A DNA stretch of 32,000 nt from assembly GCA_025839675.1 (NCBI GenBank), contig CP104013.1, positions 780,001 through 812,000 of the forward strand, in the 5' to 3' direction. The stretch's first letter is position 1; each line of letters starts with the position of its first letter. Below, in pieces: positions 5,711 through 14,992 of the stretch. The notes beneath the pieces were generated by a model. That model made no database searches, had not been told where the DNA came from, and saw only the letters and a list, made by a program, of their open reading frames with translations. The position numbers were made by a program, and so were the translations under genes. Source of the stretch: Candidatus Lokiarchaeum ossiferum (GTDB lineage: Archaea > Asgardarchaeota > Lokiarchaeia > Sigyniarchaeales > Promethearchaeaceae).

Positions 5711-6565
5711 ATGGGGGAACAAATCCAGATTAATATCGGAAGATTTTCTAAAATCTGTCAATTGACGCCCAAAGCACTCCGAATTTATGAAAAAAAAGGA
5801 ATTTTAAAACCCAAAATAGTAGATGACTTAACAGGATATCGATATTATTCTAATGATCAGATTCATCGGGGAATAATTCTATCGAAATTAGCATGGGCCA
5901 AGTTTTCATTAAAAGAAATGGAAGAATATTTGGATTTTTATCAAGAAGAAGATTTTCAATCTGCAGAATCAATTTTGAAGAAAAAAATCAATGAATTGGA
6001 AGAACAACAAGCTCAAATCTCATTAGCTAAACGTTTTTTATCCAAGATAGTCGAAAAAGATTATTTCACAATTCAGGATGAACGAATTCAGATTAAAATG
6101 ATCCCTGAATTACGAGTTGTGTCAAAACATGCAATCGGAATATATGGGGACACAATTCCTAGATTGATAGGTGAGATCTATAAATATATTTTCCAGCAAC
6201 CAAATCAAGAACTAATTCGAATCTCGGGACCCACGATTTTTTTGAGCTTTGATGAGGAATTCAAAGAATTTGATGCAGATATTGAAATTGCGATCCCAGT
6301 TACAGGTCCAATTAAATCGTCGGATGAAATAAAGGTCAAAAAATTACAGACAGCAATGATGGCAACAATACTGCATACGGGACCTTATGAGGAGGTAAAT
6401 GAAGCCTATGGAAAAATATTACTTTATATTCAAAAAAAGAAATGGAAAATAGTTGGGCCAAGTCGCGAAGTATATTTAAATAGTCCTCAAACGGCTTCAC
6501 CGGAAGAATTATTGACGGAAATTCAATTTCCAGTTGAAATAAACCCAAAGGAACAAAAAAAATAG
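5711..6565 (+). CDS. MerR-family transcriptional regulator with a GyrI-like/effector-binding C-terminal domain
   Basis: N-terminal INIGRFSKICQLTPKALRIYEKKGILKP...GYRYYSNDQI is the MerR HTH signature. It is followed by a coiled-coil linker and a ~150-aa C-terminal domain resembling BmrR/GyrI-like ligand-binding modules. ATG5711 is preferred over the track start GTG5651. Confidence 0.75.
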   Translation: MGEQIQINIGRFSKICQLTPKALRIYEKKGILKPKIVDDLTGYRYYSNDQIHRGIILSKLAWAKFSLKEMEEYLDFYQEEDFQSAESILKKKINELEEQQAQISLAKRFLSKIVEKDYFTIQDERIQIKMIPELRVVSKHAIGIYGDTIPRLIGEIYKYIFQQPNQELIRISGPTIFLSFDEEFKEFDADIEIAIPVTGPIKSSDEIKVKKLQTAMMATILHTGPYEEVNEAYGKILLYIQKKKWKIVGPSREVYLNSPQTASPEELLTEIQFPVEINPKEQKK

Positions 6566-6596
6566 AAAAGATTCAAGAAAGAAGGAGGCTTTTTTT

Positions 6597-7373
6597 CTAA
6601 GAGAGGAATTTATCCACTTCTAAAAACCCGCTCTCTTTAATGGCTTGATAAAAATTACGAATTTCTTCAACCGGTTGAGGTTTCGACCATTTGTCAAAAT
6701 ATAAACTTAGAGCATGATCATATCCTTCCTTAATCCTTTGAGCTTCCGAGACAAACCCTAAATTATTTTTATCATCATCATGTTCAGCAATGATTTCATC
6801 CATTTCAGCAGAAGTTAAGCGCGAATAACTTCCATAATGAATTACACCTTTTTTAATCCGCCCTTTTAGGGGTTTTTCTTTTTCCTCTGAATATCCCAAG
6901 CATAATGAAAGATAAGGGAAACAATATTTCGTGGGAAAATTTAAGATTTTATAAACCTCTTTCATATCTTCACGATGCAAACTCGTTGTGAAAAGGGATC
7001 CAATTCCAAGGGATTGTGCGGCCAAGGCGGCATTTTGAGCCGCTAACATAGCATCCATACTACTAATAGTGAACCCGCGCAATCCATCAATCGAATCAGC
7101 TATTTTATATCCCAACTTTTTAGCAAGATGGAGCCAGCGATAAAAATCGATCACAAAAACTAACGCTTTATTCCCCCCATAGAAATATTTTTTTAATAGC
7201 TTCGGATCTTCTATAACAATTATTGAGTAGACTTGTCGGTTCCCCGAATTCCCTGCACGTAACGCAGCATTTAAAATCGTATCAAGAATTGCACATGGAA
7301 TTTCTTTTTTTGCGAATTTACGGGTAGATTTCAGAGTAAATATTGAGTTTAGTGTTCCATTTTCCATTTTCAA
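6597..7373 (-). CDS. Nitroreductase-family flavoprotein
   Basis: TRKFAKKEIPCAILDTILNAALRAGNSGNRQVYSIIVIEDP and ...LAAQNAALAAQSLGIGS are typical nitroreductase-fold motifs. Confidence 0.75.
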   Translation of the reverse strand: MKMENGTLNSIFTLKSTRKFAKKEIPCAILDTILNAALRAGNSGNRQVYSIIVIEDPKLLKKYFYGGNKALVFVIDFYRWLHLAKKLGYKIADSIDGLRGFTISSMDAMLAAQNAALAAQSLGIGSLFTTSLHREDMKEVYKILNFPTKYCFPYLSLCLGYSEEKEKPLKGRIKKGVIHYGSYSRLTSAEMDEIIAEHDDDKNNLGFVSEAQRIKEGYDHALSLYFDKWSKPQPVEEIRNFYQAIKESGFLEVDKFLS

Positions 7374-7388
7374 ATCACCATGATAATT

Positions 7389-7844
7389 TTACTTTTCTTC
7401 GGAATATTTTCGAAGATTCGTGAACAAACGTTCAAGATACGCCTCAAATTCATCAATTTCAGCATTTTTAAAACCTTTATAATACAGAGCATTCATTTCT
7501 GCAGATATTTGCTGATATCCCGCTTCAATTTCTTTACTACGTTCCAAAACATAAACTAACTTCTTTCGCTCGTTACCAACAGGATGTTCAATTTTGAGAT
7601 ATCCATCGTTTCGCATGCGTTTTAGCATAGCAGAAAGTGTAGATTTACCGAGAGACGTACGTTTTGCTAAATCTCGAATAGAAATCCCGTCTTGTTCCCA
7701 CAATGCGAACAAAATTCGCCCTTGTCCGGGATTGATTTCGATATTGTATTCTTTTAACTTTTTTGAGAAAATCCTGCCTGAAATTTGATGTATTCGTGAG
7801 ATCAAGAACCCACCTTTGCGTACGACCTTCATTTTCCTTTCCAA
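7389..7844 (-). CDS. MarR-family transcriptional regulator
   Basis: Winged-helix core GQGRILFALWEQDGISIRDLAKRTSLGKSTLSAMLKRMRNDGYLKIEHPVGNERKKLVYV. It lies directly upstream of the nitroreductase on the same strand, so an operon is likely. Confidence 0.8.
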   Translation of the reverse strand: MERKMKVVRKGGFLISRIHQISGRIFSKKLKEYNIEINPGQGRILFALWEQDGISIRDLAKRTSLGKSTLSAMLKRMRNDGYLKIEHPVGNERKKLVYVLERSKEIEAGYQQISAEMNALYYKGFKNAEIDEFEAYLERLFTNLRKYSEEK

Positions 7845-7987
7845 ATAACTGTTCTTTGAAGAATTGTTCTATGTCGAACAATACCATATAACATATAAAT
7901 ACTTTTTCTTATTAAAACTTTAGCCAGTTATAAAAAAATGATTAGAAGATAAAGAAAAAAATATAATTTTTGATAATAGAAAAGAGA

Positions 7988-8260
7988 TTAGACTCGTCCA
8001 ACAACTAAAATTGATTTATTTTTCTCTAGCACTTTCTTCAATTCTATGCAAATATCTTTAGAATTGCTTATTTTAAATCTTTCCAATCTAGGTGCTAAAA
8101 AGTCTGAAAAAATAATAATCCAATCTTCAAACTCCATTTTTTCATGCTTAACACTCTCATGGTAATCCTTGATCGCAAATCTCAATATGCCTTTAGAAGC
8201 TAATATGGGTTTATTTATCATATTTGCTAGAACACTTCCAAAGAGGGTTAATGCATCCAT
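7988..8260 (-). CDS. Hypothetical small soluble protein (90 aa)
   Basis: Its ATG overlaps the stop of the upstream membrane-protein gene by 1 nt (translational coupling). No motif recognised. Confidence 0.5.
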   Translation of the reverse strand: MDALTLFGSVLANMINKPILASKGILRFAIKDYHESVKHEKMEFEDWIIIFSDFLAPRLERFKISNSKDICIELKKVLEKNKSILVVGRV

Positions 8261-9135
8261 TAATTTCCTTCCTCCATCATAGTGTTTAATTCTTCTTCTG
8301 AAAGTTCTTTAGTTGGTTTATTATACCTTTTGTCACATAAGAATACCCAAGCATAATAATTCCCAACTGCGAAAAGGACTGCACAAACTATTGAAATGAC
8401 AGTAAAAATTGCAGTAACTTGTGTACTTAAAAAGTAGGTAATCCCAGATGCAATTCCTTGAATAGAAAAAATAAATGCTGATAGAGTTATAATATTATAG
8501 CGCTTCTCGAGCCAACTCTCAATTGCATATTCTTTCAAGGAAAGTAAAGATAGGTGGGAAGAATAAGCAAAGAATAGAGATACTGTGATTTTACCCAAAG
8601 AATCCAAGATATTAAATGCAATATGAAGTTCACTCCCATCATCAGACAATCTGAAAACTCCGAGAATAAAAGTAGCGACATAAAGTAGAATTATAGACCC
8701 AATAAATATTTTCGATAACATGAGGCTACTTCTATAATAAGTTTTTATAACGAATAATAAAAGAAAAATCGTTCCAATGCCCTCAACAAGAGCAAATAAA
8801 ACATATACCTGAGAGGCACTAGCCATTCCAACCAATCCAAAGGCTGAAATTGAGACTATAAGATATTTAAGGCTCTGAAGTTGGACTTCTTTTTGTCGAA
8901 TCAGGAGTTTTACAGCTGTGCCTTCCATTATGAGCAATAGCGTTATTGAAGCTATGATGTAAAAGATAACTATTGGTTCCATAGCTAACCAAATTTGAGA
9001 AAACATTAATAGTTCAGGATTAAAAAAGAAACTTACATTGATTCTAAGAAGATTTCCAAAAAAATATTTGTTAGAAGTTAGGTATGAGGAAACTGCAAAA
9101 AGAAAAAAAGACAGTAAATTTAAGAATTCATCCAA
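8260..9135 (-). CDS. Hypothetical polytopic membrane protein (about 7-8 predicted TM helices)
   Basis: Repeated ~20-aa hydrophobic stretches throughout and an acidic C-terminal tail (ELSEEELNTMMEEGN). No family recognised. Confidence 0.6.
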   Translation of the reverse strand: MDEFLNLLSFFLFAVSSYLTSNKYFFGNLLRINVSFFFNPELLMFSQIWLAMEPIVIFYIIASITLLLIMEGTAVKLLIRQKEVQLQSLKYLIVSISAFGLVGMASASQVYVLFALVEGIGTIFLLLFVIKTYYRSSLMLSKIFIGSIILLYVATFILGVFRLSDDGSELHIAFNILDSLGKITVSLFFAYSSHLSLLSLKEYAIESWLEKRYNIITLSAFIFSIQGIASGITYFLSTQVTAIFTVISIVCAVLFAVGNYYAWVFLCDKRYNKPTKELSEEELNTMMEEGN

Positions 9136-9165
9136 AAAGTAAAATAAAAAAAATGTTGATTAAAA

Positions 9166-10674
9166 CTAAGAGAAATTTTTTAAATCTCTGCAAAAAAGAA
9201 TTAAAAATTTATACAACAAGGCAACAGACTCAATATTCACTCGTTCTTCAGGAGTGTGGGGATTTTCCACCGTCGGACCTAGAGATACCATCTGAATTCC
9301 GGGAATTTTTGCCCCAATTACACCACATTCCAGCCCAGCGTGTATTGCTTCAACCACAATTTCCTTGTTAAGAATTTCTTGATAATTTTGGGTCACAAAT
9401 TTTAAGAAAGGATTATTTGGTTCAGGATTCCATCCTGGATAGGATTTTTGAATGTCGACCTGCCAATTTAAAAGATACCCTAATTGAGCCATTGTTCGTC
9501 GGAAGGCTATCAAATCTGCATCTACACTACTGCGTGCGGAAATTTGGATTGAAACTTCCGATTCGGTTGTCGAAATTACAGCCAAATTATTGGATGTTTC
9601 AACTAGACCATGAATCGAAGGTGAAAACTGTAAGGGTCCACTAGGAATTAAATTCACGAGATGAATTAGATCTGAGCTATCGGAATTGCTTAAGAGAGAA
9701 AATGGATCGCTTTCCTTAAAATTTATAACCAATTTGGGTTCATGAGGTAAATAATATTTTAAAATAGCTTCTTTTTCATTATTTAACAATTGCTCCATCT
9801 TATCACTTTGATCTTCTGAAATCGCAAAAACAACTTTGGATTCACGTGTGATTGCATTTCTTTTACTTCCACCATTCCAAAGGGCAATATATACATTAAA
9901 ATAGTCTATAATTGCCGACATACAACGTGCAACTAGTTTATTAGCATTTGCACGTGGAAGTGCAATATCTACACCAGAATGCCCTCCGAAGAGCCCCGCA
10001 ATTTTTAATTCAAAGAATTTTAAACCTTGAATTTCTTCGGATTGAAATTTCTCAATGTTCTTCCGGAAGATCATATCTCCACCTCCTGCAGAACCAATTG
10101 TTATCGCTCCCAGATCTTCCGAATCAATGTTCATAAGCAATTTGCTTGTAATTCCCAAAGCTTCAACATCAAGGTTAAAAGCACCCGTCAATCCTGTTTC
10201 TTCATCAACGGTAATTAGCAATTCAAGGGGTCCATGTTCAATATCGGGATTTTTATCAAACATAAAAGCGAGAGCTATTGAAAGGGCAATTCCATTATCA
10301 GCTCCAAGAGTAGTATGATCTGCTTCAACCCACTCACCATTACTCTGAATTTGAGCAGTTATTGGCATAGTGTCAAAATCAAACCCTTCGGGTTTATCGG
10401 TTTCACAAACCATATCCATATGCCCTTGCATCAGGAGAGCTGGGACATTTTCCATTCCAGAAGTTGCGGACTTTTTAATTAAAATATTTCCAATAGCATC
10501 TTCAGTAATTTGGAGATTAACTCCTTCGATTTTGGCACGTTCTGACACCCATTGAACAATTTTTTTTCGAATCTTTCCTTCCTTTTTGGACTCTCTTGGA
10601 GTACTGTTAAATACTTCCTCGAAAATTTGCCAAACCAATTTCGGTTCTAGACTTGTTAAAGCCATATCTATCAT
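9166..10674 (-). CDS. pepD: Aminoacyl-histidine (Xaa-His) dipeptidase, M20C family
   Basis: N-terminus LEPKLVWQIFEEV...PRESKKEG, the metal-binding LMQGHMDMVCE, TTLGADNGIA and VDEETGLTGA match PepD-type M20 peptidases over the full ~500 aa length. Confidence 0.85.
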   Translation of the reverse strand: MIDMALTSLEPKLVWQIFEEVFNSTPRESKKEGKIRKKIVQWVSERAKIEGVNLQITEDAIGNILIKKSATSGMENVPALLMQGHMDMVCETDKPEGFDFDTMPITAQIQSNGEWVEADHTTLGADNGIALSIALAFMFDKNPDIEHGPLELLITVDEETGLTGAFNLDVEALGITSKLLMNIDSEDLGAITIGSAGGGDMIFRKNIEKFQSEEIQGLKFFELKIAGLFGGHSGVDIALPRANANKLVARCMSAIIDYFNVYIALWNGGSKRNAITRESKVVFAISEDQSDKMEQLLNNEKEAILKYYLPHEPKLVINFKESDPFSLLSNSDSSDLIHLVNLIPSGPLQFSPSIHGLVETSNNLAVISTTESEVSIQISARSSVDADLIAFRRTMAQLGYLLNWQVDIQKSYPGWNPEPNNPFLKFVTQNYQEILNKEIVVEAIHAGLECGVIGAKIPGIQMVSLGPTVENPHTPEERVNIESVALLYKFLILFCRDLKNFS

Positions 10675-10732
10675 GAAAAGTAGGAAGACTTCATTAAAAA
10701 AGATATATTTGGAGTTAAATATAAGAGTAAAC

Positions 10733-11740
10733 TTAACTTTCCAAGTGTTTTTTTTCTTCCCATTCTGAGATGATAGTGTCCAAAGTAGAATTAAAGAGTG
10801 CCAGATTAGTGATATTCAAAAAATTCCCTTGAATTTGCATTGGTAGTCTCATTTTCCAAATTATAATTTTTTGAATTAATTGATCCTCTGTTAAATGCAG
10901 TTGATGAGCGATTTCATAAAGAGGGATTTGTTTGATTTCGGCAAAAAGAGCTTTAAATTTCAACAAATAAAGACGTTCAGCATAAATTTTGTTATGAATT
11001 TCATTGGTTGAAATAGGATTTGCAGATTCTTTCATAAGACGTTTTGCCATCTTTTTCTCTTTTCGAATAAAGGCATGATCTTTAATACGAGCTAACTTCA
11101 GAGCAAAATTCCACCTTATTCTTGAGAATAGACCCACTTTTTCTTGCGATTTAGAGGTATCAGATCTTCTAGACCTTATTTCCAATGGCTTCTTTTGAGA
11201 TTTCTTTCTCAACCAAAAAGCAATACATAATCCCGTTATAAATCCAAAAATATGAGCCCAATTACTTGGACCTATGAAAAAGGAAGAAATAAGAAAATAA
11301 ACCATATAAAAAATCACAAAAAGATTATTTTTGGGAATAAACACAATCACAACACCCATAAGCCCATAGATTGCCCCAGAAGCACCCAATCCAATAGAAT
11401 CAGACGGCAGTAAAAGAAAGGAGAATAGACTTCCAATTAAACCAGAGAAGAAATAAGTAATTAAATACTGACGTTTTGTGAACATTTTTTCCAAGGTAGT
11501 TCCAAATATTAGTAAAGCGATCATATTATTCAGTAGATGTTGGGGTCCAGCATGCATAAACATGGAAGTAAAAAGTGTCCAAAGCGTTCTACCTTCCCAA
11601 ATGAGGTAATTTTTCTGAGCAAAGAAAAGGACTGAATCCATCCCTAAAACAAGATCTAAAAGAATATTTAACAAAAGAAAAAGAAATGTATTGAGACCTA
11701 TCAACACCAATGTAATCTTAGCATGCTTAAAATCAGTCAA
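10733..11740 (-). CDS. Rhomboid-family intramembrane serine protease with a ~158-aa cytoplasmic C-terminal extension
   Basis: MHAGPQHLLNNM, the catalytic GLGASGAIYG (Ser) and WAHIFGFITG (His), and 6 TM helices in the first ~177 aa. The start codon is TTG11740; an in-frame stop lies 30 nt upstream. Confidence 0.8.
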   Translation of the reverse strand: MTDFKHAKITLVLIGLNTFLFLLLNILLDLVLGMDSVLFFAQKNYLIWEGRTLWTLFTSMFMHAGPQHLLNNMIALLIFGTTLEKMFTKRQYLITYFFSGLIGSLFSFLLLPSDSIGLGASGAIYGLMGVVIVFIPKNNLFVIFYMVYFLISSFFIGPSNWAHIFGFITGLCIAFWLRKKSQKKPLEIRSRRSDTSKSQEKVGLFSRIRWNFALKLARIKDHAFIRKEKKMAKRLMKESANPISTNEIHNKIYAERLYLLKFKALFAEIKQIPLYEIAHQLHLTEDQLIQKIIIWKMRLPMQIQGNFLNITNLALFNSTLDTIISEWEEKKHLES

Positions 11741-11863
11741 ATCTAGTTCAAAGGAAATTTCGCTGCACCTCTAATCAAATAAAATTGTGCGACTTTATAG
11801 ATTTATGCATTTCAAAAATAAACCTCGCCTAGCTTTTTATGAATAAACTGACTTCTAAGCGTT

Positions 11864-12574
11864 ATGATAAAAAAAGTAGCGATGATTCGATTTGGAAGCT
11901 TAGGAATCAATTTTGGAGAGATTCCATCCCATGAATTGTATAAATTCAAAAAACAATTAGGAATCTGCGGAGAATCATCGGTAACACTCCTCCAAACAGA
12001 TCAAAAAAATATTCTAATTGATACAGGATTTAAAAATGAGGGAATGCTAAGCCCTAAAAACATTGCGATGAATCAACGGGAAATGATACATTTATTGGGC
12101 TATCATAGCCTAACACCCGAAAAAATTGATGAAATTTTCATTACACATTGGCATCATGATCATTTCGGAAATCTACCTATATTCCCAAATGCATCATTAT
12201 TTTTTGCGGGAGTATCAGAAAAATATGTAATGCAAAGATTAGCAAAAATTGGAATGACTATGGATATTTTTCAACTAAAGTCAAATGCCGAGTGGCATGA
12301 AGGGATTAGCACTTTGGCCACTCCAGGTCATAACAAATCGCATCATTCCATTATCATAAATTATAATGAGAAATGCCTTATTTCCGCAGGAGATGCGATC
12401 GTGGCGAAAGGATACTATGATTTTGATGAGATCTACCCTTATAATGGAGATTTTTATTCAAAAAAGATAGCTCTTCAATCGATGCATGCGATGATCCAAC
12501 GAGCAGATATAATAATCCCAGGTCACGACCAACCCTTTCAAAATTGGCGAAAAAAGAATATTGATGAAGCGTAG
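11864..12574 (+). CDS. MBL-fold metallo-hydrolase
   Basis: HxHxDH motif (THWHHDHFGN), a later TPGH and a terminal PGHD. Confidence 0.75.
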   Translation: MIKKVAMIRFGSLGINFGEIPSHELYKFKKQLGICGESSVTLLQTDQKNILIDTGFKNEGMLSPKNIAMNQREMIHLLGYHSLTPEKIDEIFITHWHHDHFGNLPIFPNASLFFAGVSEKYVMQRLAKIGMTMDIFQLKSNAEWHEGISTLATPGHNKSHHSIIINYNEKCLISAGDAIVAKGYYDFDEIYPYNGDFYSKKIALQSMHAMIQRADIIIPGHDQPFQNWRKKNIDEA

Positions 12575-12589
12575 ACCTGATTAACATCC

Positions 12590-13642
12590 CTATGAATATT
12601 CAATTTCAAAGCTCGTAGGTTGAAGTACATTGATGTTTTGAATTTTTCTGATTATAAGCATAACTTCTTGTCGTGTTATCACAGGAAAATTGTAATAATC
12701 GTTCATATATTTTGTAGGTCCTTTCTTTTCAACTCTATCTGCGATGAAAGATCGATGTTTTTCAATTCTATTTTCAATATATTCATTTATCTGTGAAGCT
12801 GAAGATTTGATGGTTTCTTGAATAATTTCACGAAATTTTTCATCGATTTCATAGCCAATAGAGTTTCTTTCTGAAGCAATTGCCGCAAGCATGGTAGTCC
12901 CTGTTCCTAAGAATGGATCCAAAATAGTGTCATCTTTTACCGAAAACATGTTGATTAATCGATAAGCGAGTTCAAAAGGATAGGCGGCGCTTCTTTCCCT
13001 TGTTTTTGAATTGTTAATACCTTGTGAAATTCCTTTAAAATCCCAAATATCTGAAAACCACACATTACGTTCTTCCCAGAAATAGGCACTTTCTCTTCGG
13101 TTTTGCTTTTCCGAATCAGATTTGAATTCCTTTTTATTTCCCTTCCGAAATATAAGAATATACTCGTGTTCTAAAGTCACATATGCCCCAGGGGGAAGCA
13201 TTCCCGAACCCATGAATTTGTTTGGGGCATTTGTTTGTTTCCGCCATAATATTTCGGGTAATGATTGGAATCCAAGGTTTATAAAACACTCAATAATTTT
13301 TGAGTGAGAGGGATATAATTGAAACCGTTTAGCTATGGTTCGGGTAGTATCTCCTATGTTAATACAAACAATTCCACCTGGTGTAAGAATTCTTGATATT
13401 TCCATCCAAATTTTATCCAATTCCAAATGCATTAAAGAAAAGGCAAGATTTCCATCTTTTTTTTCTAATGCCTCAGTTATTTTTGGATTCTGATTGGCAA
13501 AAATCTCATCCCACATCTCAATCATAGGATACGGGGGAGATGTAATTACAAGATCCACTGATTCAGGGGCAATTTCACTCATATTTTGAGCTGCTTTAAA
13601 TAAAATTCTATGCTTTGTGTTCATTCTGGGATTTTTCCTCAT
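12590..13642 (-). CDS. DNA methyltransferase, beta-class (motif IV before motif I); the SPPY motif suggests N4-cytosine specificity (N6-adenine possible)
   Basis: DLVITSPPYP (motif IV) lies near the N-terminus and ILDPFLGTGTTMLAA (motif I, SAM binding) near the C-terminus. The PF01555-like core includes LEHEYILIFRKG. The start is ambiguous (13642, 13624 or 13582), and the first two overlap the upstream gene. Confidence 0.8.
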   Translation of the reverse strand: MRKNPRMNTKHRILFKAAQNMSEIAPESVDLVITSPPYPMIEMWDEIFANQNPKITEALEKKDGNLAFSLMHLELDKIWMEISRILTPGGIVCINIGDTTRTIAKRFQLYPSHSKIIECFINLGFQSLPEILWRKQTNAPNKFMGSGMLPPGAYVTLEHEYILIFRKGNKKEFKSDSEKQNRRESAYFWEERNVWFSDIWDFKGISQGINNSKTRERSAAYPFELAYRLINMFSVKDDTILDPFLGTGTTMLAAIASERNSIGYEIDEKFREIIQETIKSSASQINEYIENRIEKHRSFIADRVEKKGPTKYMNDYYNFPVITRQEVMLIIRKIQNINVLQPTSFEIEYS

Positions 13643-14768
13643 CTAAGTGTTTTTGTACTCGATCATTTAAGTATTTCAATTCTAAAAACTTAAAATATTG
13701 CCCATACTGGAAAAAAGAGTGCCTTATTTGTTCTAAAATATCGACAAGAGCATCTCTTTTATCAGATTGAAGTTCTTCATTAGCTTTTTCTATCAATGAT
13801 ATAATTTTTTGAGATAAATCGTCAGCGTATTTCTTATTAATTCTTAATCTATTTATCATTCTAACATCCCATGATTGATTCATCAAATAATAATTCTTTC
13901 TATCATGAGGTTTTTTAATTACTTGAATCATTTTCCAATTCAAAAGAAGAGCTAAGACATCTGAAATTAAACTTCGTGCAAAATGAGTCGATTTTTCAAT
14001 ATCTTCTTGGGTCAATGGTCTATTTTCCAGTAATAGCTCCGTAGCTATCATTCTCCGTGCAGACATGAATTGTGATTCATTTAAAGTTAGATTGGCACTT
14101 AGTTGTTGATAAAACCTATTTTTTATACTGAAGAATATTTCAGATAATTCTTCAGAGAGAATAGGATTTTCTGCAATGGAATTTGAAGGTTGAGGAGGTT
14201 TCATTATTTCTTGTAAATATTTGAGATTTTCTGGGGAACTCATTAAATTATTATTAAGTAAAGAAGTGCCTTGAATTTGACCTGTATATATTAAATCTTC
14301 TAATTCTTTTGAAGTTTCAACAATAAGGTTGATGTACAGTGCTGATGATGCATAGAGTTTTTTTAGGAATACATAAAAATTTCTGAATCTGATGTGTTTA
14401 TCTACATAGGGTAAAATTTCTTCAATTAAGGGAGGGACAAAATCTGCTCTATTCTGATAGGAATCCATAATCCTTCGCAAAAATTTCAGCATAAATTCAC
14501 GAGGTGGGGTTTCTATAGAATAAAACTTCTTGCGTATTTTTGGTTTTTTTAGTTTTTCTAATTGAATATTCATTTGGATTAATTTGATGATTTGAGAAAT
14601 AGTCGTTTTGGAGTATCCAGTCAATTCTTCAATTCGATCTTGAGTTACTGGCTCTTGTTCAATAAATATTGCCATCATGCACCCAAAATAATTTTTTGGA
14701 AATAATAATCCTTGATGGGCTTCTTCCATTAATAGAATGAATTCCTTTTTTATTTCCTCTATACCCAT
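13608..14768 (-). CDS. Tandem winged-helix (GbsR/MarR-like, COG1510-like) DNA-binding protein, cotranscribed with the methyltransferase
   Basis: Two copies of the pattern 'spacer-(E/R)P(V/L)TQ(D/E)xIEexTgxSkxxISxxl..L...' followed by K(P)xxRKxxY: PVTQDRIEELTGYSKTTISQIIKLIQ...IRKKFYSIE and RPLTQEDIEKSTHFARSLISDVLALLLNWKMIQVIKKPHDRKNYYLM. Confidence 0.5.
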   Translation of the reverse strand: MGIEEIKKEFILLMEEAHQGLLFPKNYFGCMMAIFIEQEPVTQDRIEELTGYSKTTISQIIKLIQMNIQLEKLKKPKIRKKFYSIETPPREFMLKFLRRIMDSYQNRADFVPPLIEEILPYVDKHIRFRNFYVFLKKLYASSALYINLIVETSKELEDLIYTGQIQGTSLLNNNLMSSPENLKYLQEIMKPPQPSNSIAENPILSEELSEIFFSIKNRFYQQLSANLTLNESQFMSARRMIATELLLENRPLTQEDIEKSTHFARSLISDVLALLLNWKMIQVIKKPHDRKNYYLMNQSWDVRMINRLRINKKYADDLSQKIISLIEKANEELQSDKRDALVDILEQIRHSFFQYGQYFKFLELKYLNDRVQKHLDEEKSQNEHKA

Positions 14769-14992
14769 TTTTTCTAATCAACCTGAGATATGCTAAACTA
14801 TATCAAATCAATTTTTTAAATTTTTCAGAAAATTAATGTTAATAATAGCTTCTATAATTGGTAAGGAAAATTAAATATATATAAGTTTCTGAATTTTCTA
14901 AAAATATAGAAAATATTTAAATATTCTAATTGTCTTAATTAAATTATAACATAAATATTTTTTGATAACTAAAACCCGCGAGGATTAAAAAA

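Noticed and set aside
9084-10768. Seven plus-strand track ORFs (9084..9371, 9417..9644, 9948..10136, 10027..10218, 10055..10318, 10370..10555, 10586..10768)
   Set aside because: All are antisense to the well-supported full-length pepD gene (or to its flanks). They are short and lack recognisable motifs. They are shadow ORFs.
13608-14768. The 386-aa neighbour of the methyltransferase as the cognate restriction endonuclease
   Set aside because: The sequence reads as two winged-helix DNA-binding units with helical linkers. I could not find a PD-(D/E)xK, HNH, GIY-YIG or PLD-like motif. It is therefore annotated as a DNA-binding protein and not a nuclease.
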